NCBI GenBank assembly: GCA_049315825.1
Contig: JBMOJK010000004.1
Location: forward strand, 648 to 64,647
Direction of reading: 5' to 3'
DNA: 64,000 nucleotides
From: Patescibacteria group bacterium
GTDB taxonomy: Bacteria; Patescibacteriota; Gracilibacteria; BD1-5; UBA2023
Part shown: one piece after another, positions 50,137 to 59,949 of the stretch
How positions within the stretch are numbered: position 1 is the stretch's first letter
Layout: each line of letters begins with the position of its first letter
Made by a program: the position numbers and the translations under genes
Notes under the pieces: model-generated
Databases searched by the model: none
Seen by the model: the letters and a program-made list of their open reading frames with translations, nothing else
Told to the model about the DNA's origin: nothing

Positions 50137-51585
50137 ATGCAACAGAAAAAAACTTTCTACATAAAGACCTTCGGGTGTGCGATGAACTACGCGGATTCTG
50201 AGAAGATTCACCGCATTCTTTTGCAGTCTGGACTCATGAAAGTCCTCGATCCAACTAAGGCGGATGTCGTGATACTCAATACCTGTTCCGTCCGACAAAA
50301 GTGAGAAGACAAGGTATTCGGTTATGCTAAGGAAGTTAAAGACCATGCCGAGAAAATCGGCAAAGACATCCTCATCGGGGTCACTGGCTGTATGACCCGA
50401 AAAAGCGGTCTCGCCAAGAAATATCTCCCCGAAGCCGACGGACGCAAACGTCCCAACAAAATCTCACTCCTCTCAGACGCGAACTCGATCTTCAACTACG
50501 ACGATGAGCTCTTTTGGCGATCAGAGCGAGTAGATTTCGTCTTTCGCATCGAAGAAACCGGCTATCTCACCAAGATTCTCTCCATCATCTGGAAACTCGA
50601 CATCGGAAACGACGAGAAATGGGAAGAATACCTCAAGATCAAACAAGCCCAAGAAAATCCCGGAAGCGCCAATGTTATCATCCAAACAGGATGTGATAAT
50701 TTCTGTACGTTTTGTATCGTCCCGCATACACGCGGTCGCGAGAAGTCTCGATCTATCGGGGAAATCTCGACCGAAGTGCACGAAGTAGTCGCTGCAGGGA
50801 CACACGAAGTCACCCTCCTCGGGCAAAACGTCAACAGCTACGGAAAAGAGACCCGTGCCAAGCTCTGGAATACAGAATCTCTCACCTGGGAAAAGAACCT
50901 CAGCGGTCAGGTAACACCGTTTCGAGAACTCCTCGACGAACTCGGGACGATATCAGGGCTCGATAGAATCCGCTTCACCTCATCCAATCCGCACGATATG
51001 ACGCGAGATATTCTCGATGCTCATTTCGAGATTCCAGCACTTTGTCCATATCTCCACTTCGCACTGCAGTCTGGCTCAGACAAGATACTCAAGGCTATGA
51101 ACCGCAAGCACACCTATGCGGATTTCAAGGCACAAGTCGACTACCTACGAGCTCGCGATCCCCTCTTCTCGATCTCGACGGATATCATCGTCGGATTCCC
51201 GGGAGAAACCGAAGAAGACTTCCAACTCACTGCTCAAGCCATGCGCGAATGCGAGTTTGATTTCGCGTTTATCGCTCGCTACAGCACACGAGTTGGAACC
51301 TATGCTGCAGATAAGCTCGGAGACGATATCGATGCATGAGAGAAGGCTCGTCGCTGGACGATCCTTAACGATATACTCATCGAGAATGTAGCAAAGCGCA
51401 ATGCACTCATGATCGGACGAACAGAGACCATCCTCGTCACCTGATCTGGACACGACGGACAGATTATGGGAAGAACTCGTAACTTCAAGGAAGTGTATTT
51501 TGAGGGAAGTGCAAAAATCGGAGAACTGGTAGATATAAAAATCGAAGCAAACGAAGGATGGATACTCAAAGGAGTAAGAATCTAA
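50137..51585 (+). CDS. miaB: tRNA-2-methylthio-N6-dimethylallyladenosine synthase (radical SAM methylthiotransferase)
   Basis: From ATG 50137: MQQKKTFYIKTFGCAMNYADSE..NTCSVRQK-G-EDK... It runs through track ORF 50392..51339 (radical-SAM CDNFCTFC) and then two TGAs into a TRAM-like end (..GRTETILVT-G-SGHDGQIMGRTRNFKEVYF..) to TAA 51583-51585. Confidence 0.85.
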
Positions 51586-51600
51586 AAAACAACACCCAAT

Positions 51601-51636
51601 AAAAAAACACCGCCTTTAATTGTTCGGTGTTTTTAT
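51601..51636. terminator. Bidirectional terminator between convergent miaB and murG
   Basis: acaccg (51607-51612) pairs with cggtgt (51625-51630). The flanks are aaaaaaa and ttttt. Confidence 0.65.
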
Positions 51637-51640
51637 TGGC

Positions 51641-52693
51641 CTATGAATTCCCCTTGAGATAATTCCCAATCACAGCGACCGCACTAAGCTCACTTTTAGG
51701 TTCGAGTTCAGTTTTTCGCGTAACGATCTGTGCTACAAGAATCTCCGGAAGCTTATCAAGATCTTTTTCTTCGAGCATCGCATGACCTTCGTGCGTCCCC
51801 ATCCACGAAATAGCATTGTAATACTGATGATAGTACGACGACACTCCGAGCGGGATCATGATCATCCTGATCCCGAACATCTGCATCTCCGCAAGACTCG
51901 TTGCTCCAGGACGCATGATCGCTATATCAGATTCGTGATAGAGTTTTGGGAGCGTGCTTCGATCTGCCCAGTCAAGCACACGAACATTAGAAAATCATTC
52001 AAATTTCTCATGAAGATGCGTATTGAGCATCCCGAGTACGACCGTGAAATCTACCTGGGGAAATCTATCGAGTATCGTGAGTATTTTCTCAAAGATCATG
52101 GTCGATCCTTGGCTTCCGCAGAACACGAGCACCTTAGTTCGATCTCCAACAGGGAGAAGTGGGAGGCCTGCAGTTTCGAGATATTCTTCGAATACTGGAT
52201 CGAGAATCTGTCCGACCACCTGAGTTTTCGGGATATCAAAGAACTTTCGAGCCTCAGCAAATCCGAGGAAAATCTTCGTCGCAAATCTCGCTGAAACACG
52301 ATTAGCAAGACCAGGAATAGTGTCAGACTCATGAAGCGAGAGTGGAATCCCGAGTAGCCACGCTGCAGCCCCAACTGGGAATGATACTGGCCCACCCTTC
52401 GAGAATATCACATCAGGCTTCTCTTGTCTGAGCACAAAGAAAGCCTGTATGAATCCGAGAGCGATCTTGAACGGCGCAATGATCGACCGAAGTGAGAAAT
52501 ATCTTCGAAATTTATCCGAAATAATTCCTCGAAATGGGATCTCGTATTCACGTGCCTTTGTTTCGTCCATCGCCCCCTTCTCCCCTATCCAGACGAATGA
52601 CATATCTGGTTCATGCTTGAGAGCATTGTAGATCGCGACGATGGGCATGATGTGTCCGCCAGATCCTCCTCCGATGAATGCTATTTTTTTCAT
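51641..52693 (-). CDS. murG: UDP-N-acetylglucosamine--N-acetylmuramyl-(pentapeptide) pyrophosphoryl-undecaprenol GlcNAc transferase
   Basis: Track ORFs 51995..52693 and 51641..51979 share a frame and join at TGA 51995-51997. Motifs: IGGGSGGHIMP (G-loop), FSKGGPVSFPVGAAA and CGSQGS. TAG stop. Confidence 0.85.
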
Positions 52694-53763
52694 AGTGTGG
52701 TTGTATACGTTCCGTCGGTGAGCATTTTGATATGCCCGCCAAGCTCTAACATCGAAAGCTCTACGAGGACTTCATCGACTGAGAATCCTGTTTGCGCAAT
52801 GATCTTATCGGGGTGAGCATATCCATTATTTACCACAGTGTAAATCTTTTGTGTGGTTTCTGAGTCAAAAACAGGAAGTACTATCGTGACTGGCTTCGAT
52901 GTTTGGTATTCGTATTCGATCAAAATATCCTCTGGCTCGAGTACGAGTTTCGCACATCCACGCTGGATGAGCTTGTTCGTCCCGATGGAGTTGGCACGCG
53001 AATAATCCGCCGGTGGTACAAATACATCCCGCCCGAGTTCGATAGCGATCTGCGCAGTGATGAGCGTGCCGGACTTTTCTTTAGCCTCGATGAGCAGAAC
53101 TCAACGAGAGAGCCCCGCGATAAGTTCATTTCGCATCGGGAAATTGTACGGCATAGGTCACATCCCGAGGGCGAATTCAGAGATGATCGCACCTCAGGAT
53201 TTGAGAATATCAACGTAGAGGGATTTGTGTGAAGCCGGATAGAACTGGTTAATCCCAGTACCGATGATCGCAATCGTATAGCCTCAGGCCTTGAGTGTTT
53301 CTGCGTGTGCATGTGCATCGATCCCGAGCGCCCCACCAGAGACGATCCCATACCCCGCTCGTACCAGTGCGGGAGCGAAATACTGTACGAGTTCATGTCC
53401 GTACAATGTCGAATCTCGCGAACCAACAATCCCAAGAAATGGACAATCCTTGAGCGTACCAAGCACCGAGAGATAGAACGGCGTATGCGGGATGTGATGG
53501 AAATTGTTGGGATATTCAGCATCACTGTGCATCACGATCCGTGCTCGGGTTTTAGCAAAGAGAGCTGTGTATTGTTCGAACGTATGCTTCGCAAGTTCAT
53601 CACGCACAAACTGACACCGATTCTCGGGAAATCAGACTGGAAAATCTCAGTTGATAACTTTTTGTAGATGATAGAGTGGATCGTCGTGTTCTTCTTGCAT
53701 CAAAAAGAGTTCACGATGTGTGAACCCTATGAAGTGGAGGTATGACCAATTTAAGCCTTCCAT
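52681..53763 (-). CDS. dprA: DNA processing protein DprA (Smf)
   Basis: I translated this codon by codon. Track ORFs 53647..53853 (partly), 53284..53607 and 52690..52923 share one frame with seven in-frame TGAs. Motifs: GIVGSRDSTLYG, GYGIVSGGALGIDAHAH, IIGTGINQFYP, ISEFALGM-G-PMPYNFPMRNELIAGLSR-G-VLLIEAKEKSGTLITA. I place the start at ATG 53761-53763. The listed stop at 52690 is TGA, so the true end is ..TTTL-G-KK-TAG at 52681. Confidence 0.85.
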
Positions 53764-54560
53764 ATGGGGTGCGCGAATGCGTGGGCAAGGGGTAAAAATA
53801 CGTCCCGTGTACAGTCGAGCGCAATAGACTGTACACCGGGGATGGAACTTCATGTTTTGATAGCTTTCTCAGACAGAGCATCAATCGCGACATCCTGACG
53901 ATGTGTACCATCCGATGCCACAAACTCGAAGTCTGCAAGTATTACTTCTTCAAACGGGTGATGAATAGACAGTAAATACACGAGATTTTGTTTACTCATC
54001 TCACTCAGAACCTTCGTCGAGAATCCATCAGGATCGTCACTTATAACAAACACGAATGCATCCTGAAGCGATTTCTGTGTAATAAATTTTGTGAAATGTA
54101 TCGTATCCGAACTATGTGACTGAAGAATAGTTGATTTGAGTTTTTGTAGACAGGATTCGAGTGTTGTGAGATTGGTTGGGAGACTCGTTGTGAAGTATCC
54201 AGAATCTGTCATATAAGCGATCGATCCATTCATTTGCCGTATCCAACTTGATCGGATGAGAAGTTGGAGTGTATTCATCAAGCAATCAATCTTGGAATTC
54301 TGTCCATCGGAGAATCTCAGCGTTGGGGAGATGTCTATAAATATATCGAGTGATCGATCTACTTCGTCTTGATAGGATCGCACCAGTGGATCAGAGCCAC
54401 GGGAGAGTGTTTTTGCCCAATCAATCCGTGCAATATTGTCTCCTGGCTGATACTCACGGATCTCCTGGAAGTCTCCTCCATGCGAAACAAACGAAGAAAG
54501 AAAACTCCCAGACTGCCGACTCGTGATCGTGCGATACTGTGGAAAATTGAGTAATTCCAT
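53751..54560 (-). CDS. DUF58 domain protein (MoxR-associated)
   Basis: GGDFQEIREYQPGDNIARIDWAKTLS is the DUF58 signature (G..eF...R.Y.pGD....IDW). The listed stop at 53850 is TGA, and translation continues 32 codons to TAA 53751-53753. Confidence 0.8.
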
Positions 54561-54562
54561 GA

Positions 54563-55384
54563 CTAACGAATGATGGTTCCGTTATTTTCGAGACTCTCGA
54601 GCACGGTTTCTCCATTCTTCCCTACACGAAGGTTTGCATACACTTTAGAATCACGGATGAGCTGCTCTGTACTGAGTCCTTTTCATTCTTGTACATAGAA
54701 TCGATTTGCATCGAATTCAAGATGCACAACGGATTCTTCTCGAAGGATCTTGAGAATTGTACCATTTGGAAGGCTTGGATCAGACTTAGGAAGTGACATA
54801 GCATATTCACTTCCCTGTGGTTGAGTTTTTGGATCAACATATTTATAAATCCCGCCGATATTTCCCGACTTCGTATCGTAGATGGAAACCTCTACCTTTT
54901 CTCCTTCTTTGAATTTCTGAGCCGAATTCATGCTCTCATATCCATAGTCGTAGTGGATTTGAGTGTATTCTTCGTTGGGTCGAGAGATGATTGCACCTGA
55001 ACCATTCTTGTATGTATACGATACAAGGAGAGTCGTATGTCGCTCTACCGAGGTGAGTTTTGCAGAGACGCATGTCTGATCTGGACAGGCAGATCGTGCA
55101 GCATATAAGCCCTTGATCTTATCCGTCACACCCGAAGCTGTCTGTGAAGTTGAGAGATAGACCCGTGTACCTGGAATAATTGTCTCGTTCACCGCTCCGG
55201 TCCAAGTAGAAAGTGGATAACTGAGCGCTACATACTGACCACGAAAATAATCGAGTGGATCAACTGCCTGCACTAATACTTTCATAGGTACGCCCGTCTT
55301 GAGTACGTACTCGTATCGTGCCGCAATAAATCCAAGGAGGACAAGCTGCAATACGATAAGTCCAATAAAATATGATTTTTTCAT
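54563..55384 (-). CDS. GDYXXLXY-domain protein
   Basis: It has an N-terminal TM helix. AVDPLDYFRGQYVALSYPLS matches the GDYxxLxY motif (with Q for D). Track ORF 54683..55384 continues through TGA 54683-54685 to TAG 54563-54565. Confidence 0.7.
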
Positions 55385-55393
55385 AAAGCGGTA

Positions 55394-56566
55394 TTAACGA
55401 GAAATACTTGCGAGAAGTCTTTTGCGGAGTTGTTCCATGGCGTATCCGATGAGCACAAGAACGATACCACCCACGATAAAGAACAGTGCTCGGTCCATCA
55501 TATTTGAGAATGCGTCGAAGAATTTCGTGAGGATGAAAAGTCCGATGAAGACAACTGAGATGTTGACGAGTTCTTTTGAGTTTCGCTTTACACCAGCATA
55601 TGCCACGAACAAAAGCACAAGGAAGAAATACACAGAGTACCCAATGCTCAACATATCAGCACCTGTCCAATTTCAGAGAACACGATTGGCTAAACTATCC
55701 AGATTTCTCGTGGCAGCAATGGCTGTAATCACAGCCATATGAAGCATGAGCGCTCCAGATTCTGAAAGATTGAACCATTTGCGCACTGCGAGTACACCAA
55801 CAAAACCGATCGCAATCGCTGGAGGAATAAAGAGGAGTGGTAAGTTATAACCCAATCCAGACCAATACCCGACGTGTACGAGATCGAACGTCAGAAAATA
55901 TGAAGCTCATAAAGTCAGGATACTTCCTACGCGAATAAGATCCTTCGAAAAGTCTGGAAACAAGCGCTTATGCAGGAGTGAAAAACTCATAATGATAGTA
56001 CCAACCGCAACCAGGATCACATCCCATGCATATCGGATATGGTATTCCTCAAAATACGCGAAGATTGTTGCAACGATGAGCCCCCACGCCATAAGCAAGA
56101 GTAATCGAAGTCCTGTGTAGTACGCCATTGGCAATACACCAAGCGCCCACAGTGCAAAAGCCCCCAAGAGCGAACCGCCGAGATTGTAAATCTGACCGAG
56201 CAGGAAGATCGATGCTCCGTAGAAAAACGAAGACATAATCATAAGCGCCGCACCTGTCTTCTTCATACCTCGCATTTCCGAGAGGATATACCCTGCAATC
56301 CCCGTAGAAGCAACGGATGCAAGCAACAAGATCGTTTTCGAGAGATCAGAAATATTTCCCCAGTTTGCGGCAAAATAGAGGATAAATCCCAGCCCCACCA
56401 AAACTGCACCCGAACCAGTAAGGAACGGAACAAATCGATCAATATGTGCAGTAGGATCTGCCTCATAATGAGAAAGAATCTTCTTGGCTACCTTCGCATC
56501 GATCACACCGTCTTCTTCGAGACGGGTGATTTCTTCTCGGATGATTTCTTCGCGATTGTTAAACAT
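55394..56566 (-). CDS. Polytopic membrane protein, DUF2157-like
   Basis: Track ORFs 55907..56566, 55673..55855 and 55394..55654 share one frame and join at two TGAs. The soluble N-terminus reads EEITRLEEDGVIDAKVAKKILSHYE and is followed by about 10 TM helices. The family is usually paired with GDYXXLXY proteins (recalled from memory). Confidence 0.6.
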
Positions 56567-56595
56567 AGGAAGCAGTGAGAAATAAATGCAGTTGA

Positions 56596-57555
56596 TTATT
56601 CTATCGATACAGTCGCAAGGAGATCGGCTATGACGGACTTATTGGTCTTCCCGACAGAAAGTGCCTCATATGAGAGTGAAACTCGATGCTCAAGGATATG
56701 TGGTGCAAGTTCCTTAACATCCTCTGGTATCACATAATCTCGCCCCTTAAGTGCTGCGTAGATACGCACCGCACTCAAAAGTGCAATCGATCCACGTGGA
56801 GAAATCCCGTGTGCAAAATCCGTCATCTTCGAATCTCGTGTACAGGTCACGAGGCGTGCAATATATCGGATAATTTTCTCGTCTACGAACACAATATGTT
56901 CGGCACTTTTGCGCATCGCAACGAGCGACTGAGTATCGATGATCGAAGCAAGTATCGGTGTTTCACGGACGTGCGACTGCTTCATGATCGCAATCTCAGT
57001 CTCGAGCGTCGGCATCTCTAGTCGATACGAAAGGAGGAATCGATCGAGTGACGCCTCAGGAAGTGGATATGTCCCCTGTCCATCGAGTGGATTCATAGTC
57101 GCAACAACAAAGAACGGATCAGGAAGGCTATACGAAGCAGTTCCGATCGTGACTTGCATCTCTTGCATGGCTTCAAGGAGAGCAGATTGCACCTTTGATG
57201 GTGCACGATTGATCTCATCCGCAAGCACGAACGAAGCAAAAATCGGACCTTTTTTCATGAAAAATTCCTGCTTTTTTGGATCGTAAATCTCAACTCCTGT
57301 GATGTCCGAAGGAAGTAAGTCAGGCGTGAACTGCACTCGCTTAAACTCAAGACTCAAAAGCTGAGAAAATAAACTCGCGGATCTGGTCTTTGCAACTCCT
57401 GGAGGACCTACCAAGAGCAGATGCCCCCCTGCGAGCAGTGAGACAAGGTAGAGATCAATAAGTCGCTCCGATGAAATCACATGTGGAGCAAGGATATCTT
57501 GAGCTTGCTTACGAAGCTTTTGAAAGTCAGAAAGATTGGATGAATTCATGCGCAT
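56596..57555 (-). CDS. MoxR-family AAA+ ATPase
   Basis: Motifs: LLLVGPPGVAKT (Walker A), VLADEINRAPSKVQSALLEAMQE (Walker B / sensor) and the C-terminal ISPRGSIAL. I place the start at ATG 57553-57555 (MRMNSSNLSDF..) rather than at the track's 57663. Confidence 0.9.
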   Translation of the reverse strand: MRMNSSNLSDFQKLRKQAQDILAPHVISSERLIDLYLVSLLAGGHLLLVGPPGVAKTRSASLFSQLLSLEFKRVQFTPDLLPSDITGVEIYDPKKQEFFMKKGPIFASFVLADEINRAPSKVQSALLEAMQEMQVTIGTASYSLPDPFFVVATMNPLDGQGTYPLPEASLDRFLLSYRLEMPTLETEIAIMKQSHVRETPILASIIDTQSLVAMRKSAEHIVFVDEKIIRYIARLVTCTRDSKMTDFAHGISPRGSIALLSAVRIYAALKGRDYVIPEDVKELAPHILEHRVSLSYEALSVGKTNKSVIADLLATVSIE

Positions 57556-57701
57556 AGTATAGAGGCAAGCAGGGCTTTGTAAATATATCTCACCCCGATA
57601 GCGTACGAAAACCAGGTAAAGATTAAAAGAAAAAACCAAGAAAAAAATCTCACCCGTCTTCATTCCCCAATAAACAGACGAATACTGCGAAAATATGTGA
57701 C

Positions 57702-57736
57702 AAAAAAACCTCCTACGCTCTTGCGAGTTTCGGAGG
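57702..57736 (-). terminator. Terminator/attenuator-like hairpin inside the moxR upstream region
   Basis: On the minus strand: CCUCC-gaaacuCGCAAGAGcgua-GGAGG followed by UUUUUUU (57702-57708). The loop segment CGCAAGAG is complementary to CUCUUGCG about 40 nt upstream in the same transcript. Confidence 0.4.
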
Positions 57737-57886
57737 ACTTCAATGATTCTAGACTCATTCTTTACATATCGGATCTTTATAGGCGCAAGAGAATCTTGCT
57801 TGGATCACCGGTCGTACCAAGCAGCCTATCAATACTAAGAAATCGCCCTGCAGGCTGCATCGACTACAAAAGGTCTTCTGAAAATT

Positions 57887-57916
57887 AAAATTACCCCGAA
57901 AATTCGGGGTAATTTT
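57887..57916. terminator. Bidirectional terminator at the end of the kinase gene
   Basis: aaaattaccccgaa (57887-57900) pairs with ttcggggtaatttt (57903-57916). It overlaps the TAA at 57915-57917. Confidence 0.7.
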
Positions 57917-58478
57917 AATCGAGTAATTCACTCATAATAGCATCTACACGCTCCATAAGCTCAGCTTCATCCGTAGAATTATCGATGATGAATTTTGCCT
58001 TTTCTCGCAGGGAACGAGTGTTGCGTTCCGGCTCCCCTTGTTCTTCTTGGAGAAATTCATCGAATGTTTTCTCTGAATCTCCAGCGTTCTCAGCACGCTT
58101 CGTGATACGAGAATATCGCACCTGTTCATCCGCCTCTATATAGATGAGTACGAAATTCGGCAGATCAAGAAACGGTGCAATATCTGGAATACGACGCGCT
58201 CCATCAATGATCGAGATACGAGAGTCCGAATTTGCCACTTCACGCTTCGCAATTCGTGCGATCGAGTCTTGACCATAGTTTTCACGAAGTAACTGCGAGA
58301 GAAACTGCATGGTCGAGCGACTCACCTCAATATCGAGGATTTCAAGTATCCGACGAAGCGGCTTCGAGGACTTGAAAGTTACTGCGCCGTAGCGACGTTC
58401 AATATACGAAGAAACCGTGCCTTTTCCTGAGCCAATCGGTCCAACGATAGCAAGAATGAGAGAATTGTGTGCAGTCAT
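57915..58478 (-). CDS. P-loop nucleotide kinase family protein (dephospho-CoA kinase / dNMP kinase-like)
   Basis: 187-aa uninterrupted ORF. AIVGPIGSGKGTVSSYI is the Walker A motif. Its size and the IIDGARR block fit small nucleotide kinases. The exact substrate is not assignable. Confidence 0.6.
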   Translation of the reverse strand: MTAHNSLILAIVGPIGSGKGTVSSYIERRYGAVTFKSSKPLRRILEILDIEVSRSTMQFLSQLLRENYGQDSIARIAKREVANSDSRISIIDGARRIPDIAPFLDLPNFVLIYIEADEQVRYSRITKRAENAGDSEKTFDEFLQEEQGEPERNTRSLREKAKFIIDNSTDEAELMERVDAIMSELLD

Positions 58479-58585
58479 GCGTCCTAGTATGTGTGGACTT
58501 AGATGATTGCAAAATCGGATTACTACAAATAGTTGACGTTTTCTTATCTATATGTTGAAATAATAGCATCTAGCCATGAAAGACC

Positions 58586-59884
58586 ATGCTTTGAATAAAT
58601 AATTCTACCACTCAAAAGCCCCTGAGTGCAATTATTAAAGACTTAAGTCCGCAAGAAAAGATTCTCCGCGATGAGATATTGATAGATATTGATGTTTTCT
58701 TCGACAGTCTAAATGGAAAGAATTACAAAGATGATCTCGCTGTATACCACGCACTTGTTGCTCATGTGGGGAAAATTTATAGCGATTCCACAGAAATTCG
58801 AGCGCATTTTAACCTTGCGATATTCAAGTATATTTGTTTCAATCAATCCGCAGAAGCAGCTGCACTTCTTACAAAGCCAGCCGTAAAAATGTATCTTAGG
58901 GAACGCGCTGCATCAAAAAAAGCAGGAACTACAACTCTCAACAATCTCACGCAGTCTGTCAGTAATATAACTGCGGATATTGTACCTCATAAGAGTGCAC
59001 TTCCCACACAGGAGTATCTCGCTGAACGACGCAAGAGTCTCTGAGCAAGAAACAGTGAAATAAATAAAAAATACGCGCATATTTCAGGGAGAGCTATGCC
59101 TCAAAGTATGCTCACTCAAAACAGAGTAGCAGTAATCACCGAACAATCACCTCCTCAAATCTCAAAACCACAATCCACACCAAATAGTCATCAAACACCT
59201 ACATTCACTTCCGCAGAAATAGACAAAATCATGCAAAGTGGTGACACGGCAAAAATTAATGCGCTCATGAAGGTGCTCACAGTAGAAGAAATCCACGTCG
59301 TAAAATCGAAAGACCCAGATGCAATTAGTGAGACTGAGTTCCAGATATCTACCGAGTCACGAGCGCAAGAAAAAAAACACCCAATGATTGAGAAGGGTAT
59401 TACCACAGAAAAATTGATCACAGAGGTTGAGAGACTAAGAAAGTCCTACGGGATTTTACAATACGTAAAGGTAAAGGAAATCCGACTCCTTCAGAACTGA
59501 GACATCGTAGACTTCAGCGATCTTAAAACTGGGCCAGGTGGAAAAATGATCTCACATTTTCGTATCGTGAAGATCGATGATGTTTCAATGAATCACACAA
59601 AGCATACTTATGATATTGTCTGTTTTGCCAACTGTGCATACACGCTCAATGGATCGGGTCATATACTCATAGAAAAGAAGCTTACCATCCATATGCCGCT
59701 CGCAGGTCTAAAAAGTGGCATGGGGTCGCTCAGTGTATTTTCCGAGGGTAACGAACTCTTTATTGCTCAAATATCTGGGCCGATGCTCGTACTCACCAAG
59801 GATCAGTCCGCATACGATGAACCGAAGAAAATACCTGGCACTTCAGTATCTTCAGGAAAACAACGCTTTGTGCGTTTTCACTAA
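58586..59884 (+). CDS. Hypothetical protein (432 aa) assembled from three track ORFs
   Basis: Track ORFs 58679..59044, 59096..59500 and 59546..59884 share one frame. The gaps contain only TGA (59042-59044 and 59498-59500). Upstream, an in-frame TAG at 58571 is followed by ATG 58586 (ML-G-INNSTTQKPLS..). TAA stop, followed by a terminator. No motif recognised. Confidence 0.5.
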
Positions 59885-59919
59885 TAATCTCTTCAAAAAA
59901 GAGCTTTTTCCACTACACT

Positions 59920-59947
59920 AGCGCGCAATTCAAATAGCGCGCTTTTT
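59920..59947 (+). terminator. Rho-independent terminator
   Basis: agcgcgc (59920-59926) pairs with gcgcgct (59937-59943), followed by ttttt. It sits immediately before the dnaE ATG. Confidence 0.55.
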
Positions 59948-59949
59948 AC

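Noticed and set aside
52920-53525. 201-aa minus-strand ORF inside the dprA region.
   Set aside because: It is on the same strand as dprA but in a different frame, and it is Arg/Ser-rich nonsense. The dprA frame, translated codon by codon, contains the full DprA motif set once TGA is read as Gly.
57697-57888. 63-aa basic plus-strand ORF called as a CDS.
   Set aside because: It has no motif and a GTG start, and it contains the hairpin region. It is not listed as a feature, but the possibility is retained in the finding on this intergenic region.
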